From: a virus
IMG/VR virus record: IMGVR_UViG_3300033145_003080
Coordinates: 1-64,000 of that record
Direction: 5' to 3' (one strand)
DNA length: 64,000 nucleotides
Shown here: piece after piece, positions 10,328-20,888 of the stretch
Numbering within the stretch: position 1 is the first letter of the stretch
Layout of the letters: each line of letters opens with the position of its first letter
Translations under genes and position numbers: made by a program
The notes under the pieces: generated by a model
Seen by the model: the letters and a program-made list of their open reading frames with translations, nothing else
Database searches by the model: none
What the model was told of the DNA's origin: nothing

Positions 10328-12892
10328 ATGAGCGCATATCAAGGACCGCATGTTGCAGTCACACAGCAGTTTGTTACCAGCCCTGGTGCAATTGCTATAG
10401 AGGACTTGCCTTCGGTAGACGTTGGTACAGCCTTCGATGTTTTTGAAAAAGAACAGATCGGTTCATCATATGGTATCGTTGACAGAGAGCTTGGTTGGGG
10501 TGCAGATAAAGTTATTTTCGATAAAGATGTGATTAACCAGAGGGCTTTTGATTTTTATCCCGTAAAAGGTTTTGCAAATTCTCCGTTCGGGAATATAGAC
10601 CTCGAACTGTTGGGCGCGAACCTTTCAAGTGTTGGGGTAACGCTGGTAAGGGATAAGACGTATAAAGTTCCGGACACTGAAAAGGTGGCAGGGGCATGTG
10701 AGGGAATAGTTCCTTACTATAAAAGAATTTTAACTACTGGCGATGTACAAATACTGGCGTCTGATTTGAGAACAGTCGTTATTGTAGGCGGGACTGTAGT
10801 AACAGCTCAAATCAAACCTGGTCAGAATGTGTATGTTACCACAGACGGCGGGACAAACTGGGTACTTGTTGGTGTTGTAGGTTCGATTGGAAATGATGAG
10901 ACAAAAATTCGTCTCGCGGCTCCATATTCAGCACCTATCACCACTGGTGATGGTATAGTCGTTGGTGCGGCATCAAATGTTCTTGAAGATATTCCAAATA
11001 CACTGTATGATGCAACCGCCGATTTCATCACTACGAAAATAAAGGTTGGAGATATTGTCTATATTTCCAGCTTAGCTATCGCAGCCTCGGTCGCCAATCC
11101 TATTGCCGCCTCAGTTGTTTCAATTATTGACAAAAATACTTTGAAATTCAATACCGTCACACTTGCCGCTGGTCGGGTCGATTATAACTATCTTCAATAT
11201 CAGGATTTCACCGAAACCCCCGGCTCAACCCTTCAGCTTTATACTTATTGGATTGAGCGTTATTGTGGTTTTTCACAGAACTACGGTATCAAAACGCTTA
11301 ATACTGGTGCCGGCGTTGCTGTTACAAAGGTAAGCGCCAGTGTATTTAAAGTAGTCGCATCAGACTTTCCTATTGTTAATGAGGGTGATGTGTTCATCGT
11401 TACTACGGCGAATGTTGCTGACGGTGATGAGGAACGTGATGTAACTCCAGGGTTCCGTCCTTACAGAATCCAAACTATTACTCTTACCGATGCCGGCGTC
11501 AACTACGAAATAACTGTTGATGGAACAATTTATCTGTCTGGCACCTCTCCTGAAACTGAATATTCTGGCAGTGAATATGTTAGTATCTGGTCACCAAAAG
11601 TTGAAACTGCAATACTCGGTGATTTTCGTGCAGTCCGGGAAGAAGAGCTCGGCGTTGTAAAACGCATCACTAGTGTTGAAGATATTGTGACTGCCTGGTC
11701 AAAAGATGGTGAAATTAGTGTTCATAATGAGCTCGCCATGATGGCCTTGATAACATTTGCTCTTAACCGTGGCAAGGTAATGTACGGTGTGAATGTTGAT
11801 GCGACTGAATCTAATCTTACAGCACAGTACACTGATGCTTTTGACGAGCTTAAATTGTACGATGTATACAGCCATGCTCTTGGAACCGATGATGCCGGTG
11901 TTAACGCAGTTGCTGGACCTTATGCTGATGGCCAGTCTGAGCCTTATGAGGCTCATGAAAGAACTGTTATTATGGTTTATGATGAGGATGATGTTTATCT
12001 CATGGGTACCGATACCGGTTCTGTTGCAGTAGATGGTGTTATAACAACAGATGGTGTTTTTGACCCTATAGCCTCCGGCCTTACTGTTGGTGATATTGTC
12101 AAGATTTATGATTCCAGTGGTGATTATGTTACTGAAGCCGCTGTTATCGTAACCCCTTCTGCACCCACCACAATTGAAACAGATTATTCAGGTGTTGTTC
12201 TCGGCGCAGGTCATGCTTTCAGGTTTCTAAGTGGTCGTAAAGATGATCAGGCAGTGCGTATAGGTGCAATTGATTACGGCAACCGGCGCGCAGCAGTTAT
12301 CTGGCCAGGATGGTTCCAAGCTGAATTCGGTGGAGAAACATATACGCTTCCTCCGTATTACATTTCTGCTGCAATTGCAGGTATGGATGGTGGGATAAAA
12401 GTTTCTCAGTCGTTCACCAATTTCAATTTTAGTATTCCTGGATTATCGAACATCCAACTTAACACCAATCACTATTTCAGAAAGCTTCAACTTGATGAAA
12501 TTGGTAACGGTGGGGTTGATATCATGATTCAGGATACTCGTATCAGCCAGTCTATCAAATCGAGACACGATCTCACATCAAATATGGATGCGGTGGAATA
12601 TCGTGAACGTTCGATAACCAAACAGGCTGATGTGGCAGCGAAGACAATCCGTAATGCAATTAGCCCGTATGTTGGTAAATACAACCTCACACCTGATCTC
12701 TTCAGATTTCTTGGTCAGGTCTGCTCTATAGTAAGCACCAAACTGGTTAAAGGTGGAATTATTGCACGGCTTGCAGTACTGAAAATCAAGCGTGATGAAG
12801 TAATTTCTGATAAAATTAATATCACGATGATAGCAACTGTTTTTGTTGCCGGTAATTACTATGACGTAACATTGATTGTCATTTCACGATAA
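10328..12892 (+). CDS. Contractile tail sheath protein
   Basis: MSAYQGPHVAVTQQF N-terminus; C-terminal PPYYISAAIAG...RHDLTS...RERSITKQAD sheath domain; GGAG RBS. Confidence 0.75.
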   Translation: MSAYQGPHVAVTQQFVTSPGAIAIEDLPSVDVGTAFDVFEKEQIGSSYGIVDRELGWGADKVIFDKDVINQRAFDFYPVKGFANSPFGNIDLELLGANLSSVGVTLVRDKTYKVPDTEKVAGACEGIVPYYKRILTTGDVQILASDLRTVVIVGGTVVTAQIKPGQNVYVTTDGGTNWVLVGVVGSIGNDETKIRLAAPYSAPITTGDGIVVGAASNVLEDIPNTLYDATADFITTKIKVGDIVYISSLAIAASVANPIAASVVSIIDKNTLKFNTVTLAAGRVDYNYLQYQDFTETPGSTLQLYTYWIERYCGFSQNYGIKTLNTGAGVAVTKVSASVFKVVASDFPIVNEGDVFIVTTANVADGDEERDVTPGFRPYRIQTITLTDAGVNYEITVDGTIYLSGTSPETEYSGSEYVSIWSPKVETAILGDFRAVREEELGVVKRITSVEDIVTAWSKDGEISVHNELAMMALITFALNRGKVMYGVNVDATESNLTAQYTDAFDELKLYDVYSHALGTDDAGVNAVAGPYADGQSEPYEAHERTVIMVYDEDDVYLMGTDTGSVAVDGVITTDGVFDPIASGLTVGDIVKIYDSSGDYVTEAAVIVTPSAPTTIETDYSGVVLGAGHAFRFLSGRKDDQAVRIGAIDYGNRRAAVIWPGWFQAEFGGETYTLPPYYISAAIAGMDGGIKVSQSFTNFNFSIPGLSNIQLNTNHYFRKLQLDEIGNGGVDIMIQDTRISQSIKSRHDLTSNMDAVEYRERSITKQADVAAKTIRNAISPYVGKYNLTPDLFRFLGQVCSIVSTKLVKGGIIARLAVLKIKRDEVISDKINITMIATVFVAGNYYDVTLIVISR

Positions 12893-12939
12893 GCGATGCT
12901 CAATTAAAATAGAAGTATTAATTAAAGGAGGAAATTCAC

Positions 12940-13743
12940 ATGCCACCTATCGTAGATTTGCAGGAATATATAGACCATTCAGGCGGATGGGATTGGGAAG
13001 ACGCCCATGTATCTCAGGCTTACATTTCCCCTCAAGGTATTGACACAAAAGAATCGATTGCAATAAATGATATTGTTGAATCGGGAACCGTTCTTATCGC
13101 TGCAGGTCCATCAGACCTGGATAAAGCAGTGGAAGACCCTGATGGTTTTAGGGTTGTACCTATCGGCCTTATCGAAACAGCACAGATAAGTATGAATAAA
13201 CCGTTAAGCCGGATATTTGAAATCGGCTCGAAACTCAGCTATATCATACCCGGTCGTACCGTTGGTGGGATAAGCCTTAGCAGAGTATTCTTTGATGGCC
13301 CAAGCCTTTTGAAGGCTATCTATATGGGTGAGGTAAAGTCCGACTTTGCCACACAGGATAAAAAATTCGCCAAATTTGTATCGAACCCTTATTATATTAA
13401 TGGTGACGAAACTTATCAGAAATTCGCTAATATCGGTTCTGGTAACCTGGCGATGAACCTTGCTTCGTCTTTTTTTGAACAACCTATTGGTCTTGCGTTT
13501 TATTTTAAAGATCAACAGGATGATGTGGTAGGACAAACCTATTTTGAAGGATGTCGCGTCAGCACATTGAATATGGGTATATCTGCGAATATGAATGTGC
13601 TTACCGAATCTATCAATATGGAATTTATACGTTGCAGGCCTATCAACACTGCTGCATCGATAGACTATGTGAAGGGGGAAAATTTAGCTGATCTCAATAT
13701 TATTTCTGAACAGACGAATTGGGATTCCAGCGTTATTACATAA
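12940..13743 (+). CDS. Tail tube protein
   Basis: Follows the sheath; IGLIE...RIFEIGS....IPGRT...ISLSRV and YFEGC motifs; strong AAGGAGG RBS. Confidence 0.7.
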   Translation: MPPIVDLQEYIDHSGGWDWEDAHVSQAYISPQGIDTKESIAINDIVESGTVLIAAGPSDLDKAVEDPDGFRVVPIGLIETAQISMNKPLSRIFEIGSKLSYIIPGRTVGGISLSRVFFDGPSLLKAIYMGEVKSDFATQDKKFAKFVSNPYYINGDETYQKFANIGSGNLAMNLASSFFEQPIGLAFYFKDQQDDVVGQTYFEGCRVSTLNMGISANMNVLTESINMEFIRCRPINTAASIDYVKGENLADLNIISEQTNWDSSVIT

Positions 13744-13765
13744 TAATACTACCTTTCTAATAGTT

Positions 13766-13801
13766 AAAAAAAAGAGAGCTTGAAATGGCTCTCTTTTTTT
13801 T
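13766..13801. terminator. Bidirectional intrinsic terminator after the tail tube gene
   Basis: A8-gagagc-loop-gctctc-T tract. Confidence 0.8.
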
Positions 13802-14640
13802 CCTCTAACTAAATTTCGAACATTATTCTAATCAACCCAAAACACAACCTCAAGGTGGCGGCTTGTACCGGAATTGCAGATCTCATCGGGGGTCGGTATT
13901 GTCCCCATGAAATGGGTTTTCGTAATTTGTCGAAGCAACAAATTGTAGAAATCTTAGAGGAAAATGAAACTCCAACTTAAATATAGCTAAACTTTGCTTT
14001 GAGACGCAACCCCGAAAGAGCGAGCAGAATTCGTCCGCGGGCCGTCATCTTCAGCAGACGCTTCAAAGACCATCGGGTCCCAGTCATCATCGCGTCGACC
14101 ACTCAGTGGTATTTTTTGCCTTGACGATACATCAAGTGTAAAATCTTGGAGTTAAATATACGAATTAAAAATAAGAAGGTGTGGAGATCGCTCCCCACAC
14201 CTCTTGCAGTAACGGCTCTAGCTGCAACTTGTCTCTGGATAATAAAAAAAGTTTTTTTATTTTCCGGAGACCTCCAATGGTCGCTGAAGCAGCGATGTAT
14301 CTTAGAACCTTCTGGAAAAGGAATTTCTCAAACTAAAGTTCGAATCGTTTGGCGAGGTACGGCTTCCCTTCGGCGCCTAAATGATAACACTTCAACTCCA
14401 GGTCGGGTCCCAGACGCAGATTTCCAAATCGATTGATCGGGAAAGTTGGATCCCCGCGGCAGCCAGCAGCTTCCGGATTCCGGGTGGATCCGAGCCAAAC
14501 CACCACCCCATAACGTGTCGTGTTTTGATTTGCTCTCAGCAAATCAACGACCAGTCTGAAGCGAACTCCGCTCCAGAGCGAGCTTCATGGCTGAGTATGG
14601 GGTGGTATAAGTAAACGCTGACGAAACGTCAACGCATTTA
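13801..14640 (+). ncRNA. Candidate large structured ncRNA (about 840 nt), family unassigned
   Basis: GC-richer than its flanks, no credible ORF, many nested stems. G-U pairs, a cUUCGg and a cGAAAg favour the + strand. Confidence 0.65.
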
Positions 14641-14705
14641 TATCCTTTGAGAAAAAAAGGGGTAAAAATTAATTAACCCATTCACTATAATAGTTATTTC
14701 AATTT

Positions 14706-15014
14706 TTAGCTTAAAATAACATCTGTGTATTTCTTTTCTTTTTTCAAACCCTGCACCATACCGCAAACCTTTCCTTTTTCAAACACAATTACTGTAGGTA
14801 AGTATGTGATTGAATATTGCGCCGCAAGGTTATAATTTTCAATTGCATCTATTTTAAAAAAATTAATATTTTCAGTTTTTTTCATTATCCTTTTCAAAAC
14901 GGGTTCTATTGTTTTGCAATGCCAACATAATTTGCTAGAAAAAAGAACAACAACCCGTTTGTCGCTTTGTAACACTTCTCTTATGAAAGTGCAATTCGCT
15001 ATTTCTTTCATCAT
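14706..15014 (-). CDS. Thioredoxin-family protein
   Basis: CWHC active-site motif, cis-Pro motif YLPT, 102 aa. Confidence 0.85.
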   Translation of the reverse strand: MMKEIANCTFIREVLQSDKRVVVLFSSKLCWHCKTIEPVLKRIMKKTENINFFKIDAIENYNLAAQYSITYLPTVIVFEKGKVCGMVQGLKKEKKYTDVILS

Positions 15015-15550
15015 GTGCTCTGAAATATATCTTCAAGCATACCAGTCACTTCTTCTTTTACCGTTTTGGCTTTGCGTTTGGTTCCGGGAAAGAACTCTTT
15101 CATATATTTAGTTTCATTATTGCAATTAGGGCATGGTTTTCCGGTATCATCCCATGCACTACAGTAATCGCATCTCGACCTTCCGATACGTTCATCATCA
15201 ACGATTTCTTCAATATCGTTTTGATATATTCTTAATCCAACATTTGTTATATTGGCTATCGGCTTTGTGTTTAGCTGCTCTTTAAATAAATGTTCGGTAT
15301 CAATTTCAACCCACTGACCATTTATTAATTTAAGCTTTTCTGCGTAACTGCCAGAATATTTATTATGGCAATTTTCTTTCAGCCTTACTTTCAACCGGGT
15401 CCTCCTTTTCAATATCGTCGTAATATATTTTCTCAACCACGACTGGTGTTTCTTTATCACTATTCAAAGCATTGACGTTGTTGACAAAATGAGTAAATTT
15501 TTCAATAAAATCGATAGGGATAGACAGGAGGATATTAATCCTACCTTTCA

Positions 15551-16753
15551 TTATCCAAGCCCCACGTTATAAAACTGAATTCTACAATATATTAAACCTT
15601 TCGGTCTCCACAATAATACACTTTTATTGTAGGAAGCCTGAAAATTATTATCAAAACTCGTCCTAAGTGTTATACACGCTTTTTTAAGACTTCTTATAGA
15701 ACCAATAACAACACCCTTTGTCCTATTAGACACTTTAATAATATCGTAATGTTTAAAACCATTCTTTTCAAAACATGTTTTTGTAGGATTGCTCTCCCAT
15801 ACCTTTGCTCTTTTTGGTATTATATTATAAATATCACTTTTGTATTCACTTGCACCAACCATTGCTGATGCATCGTGATAATGCTCTTTTTTTAATCCTA
15901 ATTTTTTTCTTGTCTTTGCAGTCATCCAACCAAAACATATCTTTACTATTCCAAATCTTTTTTTTAATTCATTAAATAAATACCATTTACCTTGTTGAAG
16001 GTGAGCCTGATATTTAAAGTGTTTAGGTTTTCTATTAAGTACCCAGGTGTCATTATGGAGATCTGTATGACACGTTTTACATAAAGTGATTCCATTGCTA
16101 ACCCTGTTTGTTCCCCCTTTTAATTTTGTATTTATGTGATGCGCTTGCAATTCATTTTTACACCTACAATGTTGACAGACATAATTGTCTCTCCATAAAA
16201 CCTTTTGTCTCCAATTGTTCCCTTCATACTCAGATAACTGATACTCTTTTCCTGTTAACTTATAACCAGCGCTAATTGAAGATATGTCAAACTGCCCCTG
16301 CTCAACAACACACTTAGTTATATTTAATCTCTTTTTAATATCATCAACTACCCTCAGAATTGATTCTTTCTTCTGTTTAATTGTCGGTGGCAACCAACCC
16401 TTTTTACCTCTATTTAAAAACCTTGCTTTACGGTGTCTTAAATTTCTTGATCTTCTTGCTTTTCGGTATTGCGCCCTCTGAAGCATTTTTCTTGAAACAT
16501 CCTGCCTTAATTGAATATTACCAGCAAATACTATTTTATTACCATGAGCTACTGATATTCCAACTATTTTCGCACCGTCATCAATTCCAACTTTAAATTC
16601 CCCAACAGGATTTTTAATTTCTTTATTCAATTGAATTGTAAAAGGTTCAACAGAATACACTTTAGCCCTACCGTTCTTCAGTAAAAGCCTGGCCCTTGCT
16701 CCATTCGTTGGAAGCAAAGGCTTGCCTCTACTGTCAATTACAAAAATAGACAT
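15551..16753 (-). CDS. iscB: IscB RNA-guided endonuclease (OMEGA system)
   Basis: PLLP (PLMP) N-terminus; RuvC-I GIDDG; Arg-rich bridge helix; RuvC-II E (VVEQGQFD); HNH (CQHC...HH...N...LCKTCH); RuvC-III HYHDA. Confidence 0.92.
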   Translation of the reverse strand: MSIFVIDSRGKPLLPTNGARARLLLKNGRAKVYSVEPFTIQLNKEIKNPVGEFKVGIDDGAKIVGISVAHGNKIVFAGNIQLRQDVSRKMLQRAQYRKARRSRNLRHRKARFLNRGKKGWLPPTIKQKKESILRVVDDIKKRLNITKCVVEQGQFDISSISAGYKLTGKEYQLSEYEGNNWRQKVLWRDNYVCQHCRCKNELQAHHINTKLKGGTNRVSNGITLCKTCHTDLHNDTWVLNRKPKHFKYQAHLQQGKWYLFNELKKRFGIVKICFGWMTAKTRKKLGLKKEHYHDASAMVGASEYKSDIYNIIPKRAKVWESNPTKTCFEKNGFKHYDIIKVSNRTKGVVIGSIRSLKKACITLRTSFDNNFQASYNKSVLLWRPKGLIYCRIQFYNVGLG

Positions 16754-16960
16754 TTAAGCTATCTCCTTTTAAGGTTACAGTGTTCTCGACAAAGACCGCC
16801 TGTTCTTTATATAAGCCCTTTCGAACATTCTCCAGAGCCATTAGAGCCTCAAGCTGAACAAACTCAAGGGTAACTATTCTTTCGAATAAACAGAAGTCGT
16901 AGCTGTAATATTTCACCCATAACAGTGGACTTAATTCCCAGCTTAGCCTTAAAGCTGTTC
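16754..16960 (-). ncRNA. omegaRNA (HEARO-like) scaffold upstream of iscB; boundaries approximate
   Basis: The minus strand has GCTACG...TAGTTACC...CAGCTTGAGGCTCTA...TTTGTCGAG motifs and hairpins directly 5' of iscB, the canonical position. Confidence 0.7.
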
Positions 16961-17766
16961 TATCAAAATCTGATAGATTTTAGTAAATCTTTATAAATTT
17001 TTACTAACTGTTATGAAGCCTTTCTGTTGTTTGTTCAAGATTTGGTTTTGATAATAATTCTATTAACTCTTTATATGACAAAGGCCTTCCTTTCTCTGTA
17101 AGATGTTCAATATCTCCAGCGCCAATAAAATAGCCTAATGGTAAATTCATTATTATATGGGCGAGCTTTTCCCGCGTTGCATTGTAATAATATTTTTTCA
17201 GAAAAATATAAAGGAACTCTTTAAATTTTGGCTCTACTAAAGAGTCGAAATTCGCCATTAACTCATCAATGTGTTGTGACACTATTTTTCCTTATTTTTC
17301 TTCTGTCGAAAAACCGGTATTCTAGTCTGGCATGTCGGACATACAATAGATGCGTTCTCATTATCATACAGTGCAAGCCATACATTTTTACACAGGTGAC
17401 AACGGACGTGTTTGGTAAGATATCCTGCTTTTGTGTACTTCTGCAGTCTGATTTCCTTTTTGATTGCCTCTATAATATTGGCAGTTACGATGTCGTCCAC
17501 ACGAAGTTCCCTTGCACGCTTTTCTTCATATGCTTTAAGCATCGCCGTCATAAGGCTTATATCAGAGTTTGTTTCAAAAAAAATTAACATAATAAATCCT
17601 AACGCTTACCTTGCTTTTGGATCTTTTGCTGCAAACCAAAATTACTCCTTACTTTATAGTTATTACAACAAATCTGCAAATATCACAGATAAAAATATAG
17701 GTAGCAGGATTTTTCCCACTACCTATAATATACAATAAAATATTGAAAATTACACTAAGTCTTATT

Positions 17767-18351
17767 TTAAGACCCTTCTCCTGTGTCAGGAGCCGCTCCT
17801 GTGTTGTCATCTTTTGCATCAGACTTTTGATCACCCGGTGTCTTTTTCTCAGCCTCATCATCAGCATTGTCCGATTTTACAATAGACAACGGCGTCTCTT
17901 TGCTTGGTGTTGGTTGTTGAGACGACGTTTGTGGTAATTGGGATTTCTCTAACGGTTCCGGGCACCCTTCTTGTTGAGGACCTGTGTTTTGTGGCGGTTC
18001 GTACGGCGGCAATGGTGGTTGGGTTGTCATCTCTGGTGGTATCTGCGGCGCTCCTGGCGGCTGCGCCGGAAGAGGTGTCTGTGGTGGAGGATAATCCTGC
18101 GGCGATTGTGGCGCCTGCGAAAGATCAGGAGGTCTAGTTGACTGCTGCGGTTGTTGCATTGGCTGTGGTATCGTTTGTTGTGGGCTAGATGCAATTTTTA
18201 CACTGAATGCTTGTGCACCCTGCTGATTCAATGAAAATTCGAATCCAGGAGTGTACATACGGACCGTTTCCGCCTTGTAGCTCAATGGGTGTATAAATAG
18301 AGACCCCCATCTGACAATTAAATCATCACGGATATCAATGATAATTCTCAC
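17767..18351 (-). CDS. Pro/Gln-rich low-complexity protein
   Basis: GGAGG RBS with GTG start; disordered PQ-rich and acidic C-terminal region. Confidence 0.6.
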   Translation of the reverse strand: MRIIIDIRDDLIVRWGSLFIHPLSYKAETVRMYTPGFEFSLNQQGAQAFSVKIASSPQQTIPQPMQQPQQSTRPPDLSQAPQSPQDYPPPQTPLPAQPPGAPQIPPEMTTQPPLPPYEPPQNTGPQQEGCPEPLEKSQLPQTSSQQPTPSKETPLSIVKSDNADDEAEKKTPGDQKSDAKDDNTGAAPDTGEGS

Positions 18352-18724
18352 TGACCCTCCTTCTGTTGGTTAAAAAAGTTAATTAATAAAAAATACATTA
18401 ACGGTATGCAAATGGTAATACAAAACTCTTTTTTGGTCTTCGAGCTCCTTCCCACGTAAATGATAATGTTGCTTTTCTATATGCGCAGCCTTCATTTGTT
18501 CACATTTCTTCTTAGCCTTTTTTTCACTACCGATGACAACGGCCTCTACCGAATCATTACAACATATCACATGAATTGGTTTTGATAGTATTTCGTTAAG
18601 CTTTAATTTAAGCATGTTCCATCTATGCGCCCAGCCAGCACCTTTTACTGGATATCTTTCTTCAATCTTCTCAAATAATTTATCAACAGGTTTCATACTA
18701 TCCCTTTCTAAAAAAAGGAACCGG

Positions 18725-20428
18725 TTAATAACCGGCCCCTTTGTCTAAATGCCATTCAGCCAGCCTGGCTGCCCTGCCCTCGTGGCCCTTTCGGGAATCC
18801 ACTTTCGCCACCATCCCAATAAGTGCGTTACCTCTATTTAGAAGTTCAATGAATTCATTTTCTTTGCCAAGTTGCCCAGGACCAAGTTTGAACCCTTTAC
18901 CTGAATCAAGAGATTTAAACCAAATTGCTCCTGATGGCTTCCCTTTCGGACCCCATCCTAAAGCAACGTATGTCACCTCCCAATCGTGAGCTTCGCCCCA
19001 AAACCTCTGTTTATGACCTTCATTGATACTCTTTCCTTCTGGAACACCAACTAAACCTTCAATCCCTTTATTTATCTGTATCGCAACAAGTTCTGGTAAA
19101 TTTATAAACTCACTTAAATCTGCAAACGTTTCCTGCAATTTACGATTTTCAAAGAAAGCAAGATCAAATACCGGCTTGCCTTCCCATCGGTCGATACGAT
19201 ACATTCTGAAATCAGGAATAATATTCATTGGTCGAATCTTATCAGAATTAAGAACCCCACCGGTTTCAGCAGCAGTGAGATACCTGTTTCTTCTAAACCA
19301 GCCGGCCGGATTAAGCGGATTGAACTTTCTTTTAAACATCAGCTCACCAATTCCTCGAGGATGAGCTTTATGCCTTATTCTGAATAACTCCGGAACTTTG
19401 CCAGAATATTGTATTCGGTCACCAGTTACAATACTCACTCGAGGTGACCACCAGGTCGTCTCTTTCTCTATAGTATCGAAATAAGCACTGGCACCATCAT
19501 ATTTTTTAGTCACAGTACAAGGATCCACGTTCTTTTTAAATGTTTTAATATCCTTGTCAGTTTTAAGGTACAATCTATCTTCAAAAGAAGGAGACATTTT
19601 CTTTATTACACCCCAAGTCACTATAGGTGCTTTTTTCTTATCCCCTGGAAACAGTTTATGTAAATAAAGCAACCTGTGCTTGTTAAGAATCGGACAATAC
19701 ATCTTAATCGTTTTTCCAATACCATTATCAACAGACATTATTTCAACCGGTTCGTTAATAATAACTTGTCTGGTCAGACCTGCGCCATATCCTTTAATAC
19801 CAGACTCACCAATGTTCCATGACGTCTCAGCGTTTGTAATAGAATGATCAAAGCTCTGAGCCATTCTTGAATTATTCATTACCTCTTCCCTGAGTAAATT
19901 CAGAATTGCAAATCTGCTCTTTGCAGTAAGCCCACCATCTTTATCAAACTTAATATCATTCATAATCGGTTTGCTACCAAGATTTATTACTAAGCTCAGA
20001 TGGCCTATATGGATATCAAGATGGGGATTCGTAGCCTGATGAAATACAATCCTCATATGTTTTACGACTCGTTTATTCTGATCAATCTCATCTTCGATCC
20101 ATGTTTTGCCACCCATGCCGTTGATTTTGATGATAGGTCGCCTGATAACCATAGCCCGTTTGTAAGTTGGTATTATTACTTTCTTGACATTGCCAAATAC
20201 AGCATCTTTTATAGTACTGCATGAAAACATACGGACAACATCATCCAGAGATTTCGCTTCAGAATATTTTTTGATTGTAGGGATGTACATAAATGCTTTA
20301 AATATCCATTTAACCTTTGTCATCTTCAACACTTTAGGCCAAGCTGGATTAACCCATTGATAAAGGTCTTTGCCTCTGACCAACCCTTTCGCCAGCCGTT
20401 TCATTATCATCTCCAATCTTCTTCTCAA
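18725..20428 (-). CDS. ATP-dependent DNA ligase-like protein with N-terminal LigD phosphoesterase-like region (start uncertain)
   Basis: Motif I KYDG, motif III GEL, motif IV EGLV, C-terminal OB-fold (GFKLGPG); upstream HQA..PHLDIHI. Confidence 0.6.
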   Translation of the reverse strand: MRRRLEMIMKRLAKGLVRGKDLYQWVNPAWPKVLKMTKVKWIFKAFMYIPTIKKYSEAKSLDDVVRMFSCSTIKDAVFGNVKKVIIPTYKRAMVIRRPIIKINGMGGKTWIEDEIDQNKRVVKHMRIVFHQATNPHLDIHIGHLSLVINLGSKPIMNDIKFDKDGGLTAKSRFAILNLLREEVMNNSRMAQSFDHSITNAETSWNIGESGIKGYGAGLTRQVIINEPVEIMSVDNGIGKTIKMYCPILNKHRLLYLHKLFPGDKKKAPIVTWGVIKKMSPSFEDRLYLKTDKDIKTFKKNVDPCTVTKKYDGASAYFDTIEKETTWWSPRVSIVTGDRIQYSGKVPELFRIRHKAHPRGIGELMFKRKFNPLNPAGWFRRNRYLTAAETGGVLNSDKIRPMNIIPDFRMYRIDRWEGKPVFDLAFFENRKLQETFADLSEFINLPELVAIQINKGIEGLVGVPEGKSINEGHKQRFWGEAHDWEVTYVALGWGPKGKPSGAIWFKSLDSGKGFKLGPGQLGKENEFIELLNRGNALIGMVAKVDSRKGHEGRAARLAEWHLDKGAGY

Positions 20429-20860
20429 GTAATGTTACCAGTATAAGAATTATTATTACCGACATTACCGGCACAACCATTGTTGATTCAAAAAATGCTG
20501 GAAGCATTATAAAAGTCGGAAATTCACCTATTATATGGGAAAGCCCTACTGATGCCAGTGTCAATATTACGACCGCTTCCCAATTATCAGCAATGTCCTT
20601 CAATATCTTTTTACCTTCCTCCATTATAATTTTGGCAAAATCGACTGATCTCCTTTTAATCAACTCCCAATTCTCTTTACGACCTTCATCAGTTTTTAGA
20701 TTTGCTGCAAATTCGTATGTAGCAAAGGACACATCAATCACAATCTCAATCGACCGGTCGGCGATTTTCATTGCCAATTCAGCAGCAATGTTGTATTTTT
20801 CTCTCAATTTAAACTCCATTTTATCCTCCTTATTTGTAAATAATTATCTTTCACTATATA

Positions 20861-20888
20861 GTTATACCAAATAATAGTCATTAATAAC
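20861..20888 (-). promoter_or_regulatory. Repeated phage promoter GTTAT-N14-TGGTATAAC (representative copy)
   Basis: The same spacing occurs at 21325-21352, 29430-29457, 31847-31874, 32360-32387, 32853-32880, 33315-33342, 38556-38583, 40020-40047, 42572-42599 and 54942-54969. Nearly all copies are intergenic and upstream of minus-strand genes. Confidence 0.8.

Noticed and set aside
535-13743. Genome-wide TAG reassignment (code 15)
   Set aside because: Long ORFs are uninterrupted in the standard code and several genes end in TAG with normal coupling. In-frame ambers were found only in the 58.3-59.1 kb locus.
14146-14614. ORFs 14146-14436, 14333-14542 and 14381-14614 as proteins
   Set aside because: No RBS, atypical composition and mutual overlap; better explained by a GC-richer structured RNA.
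14617-14635. Hammerhead ribozyme core (CTGACGA..GAAA)
   Set aside because: No stem II between the motifs; it is a simple hairpin.
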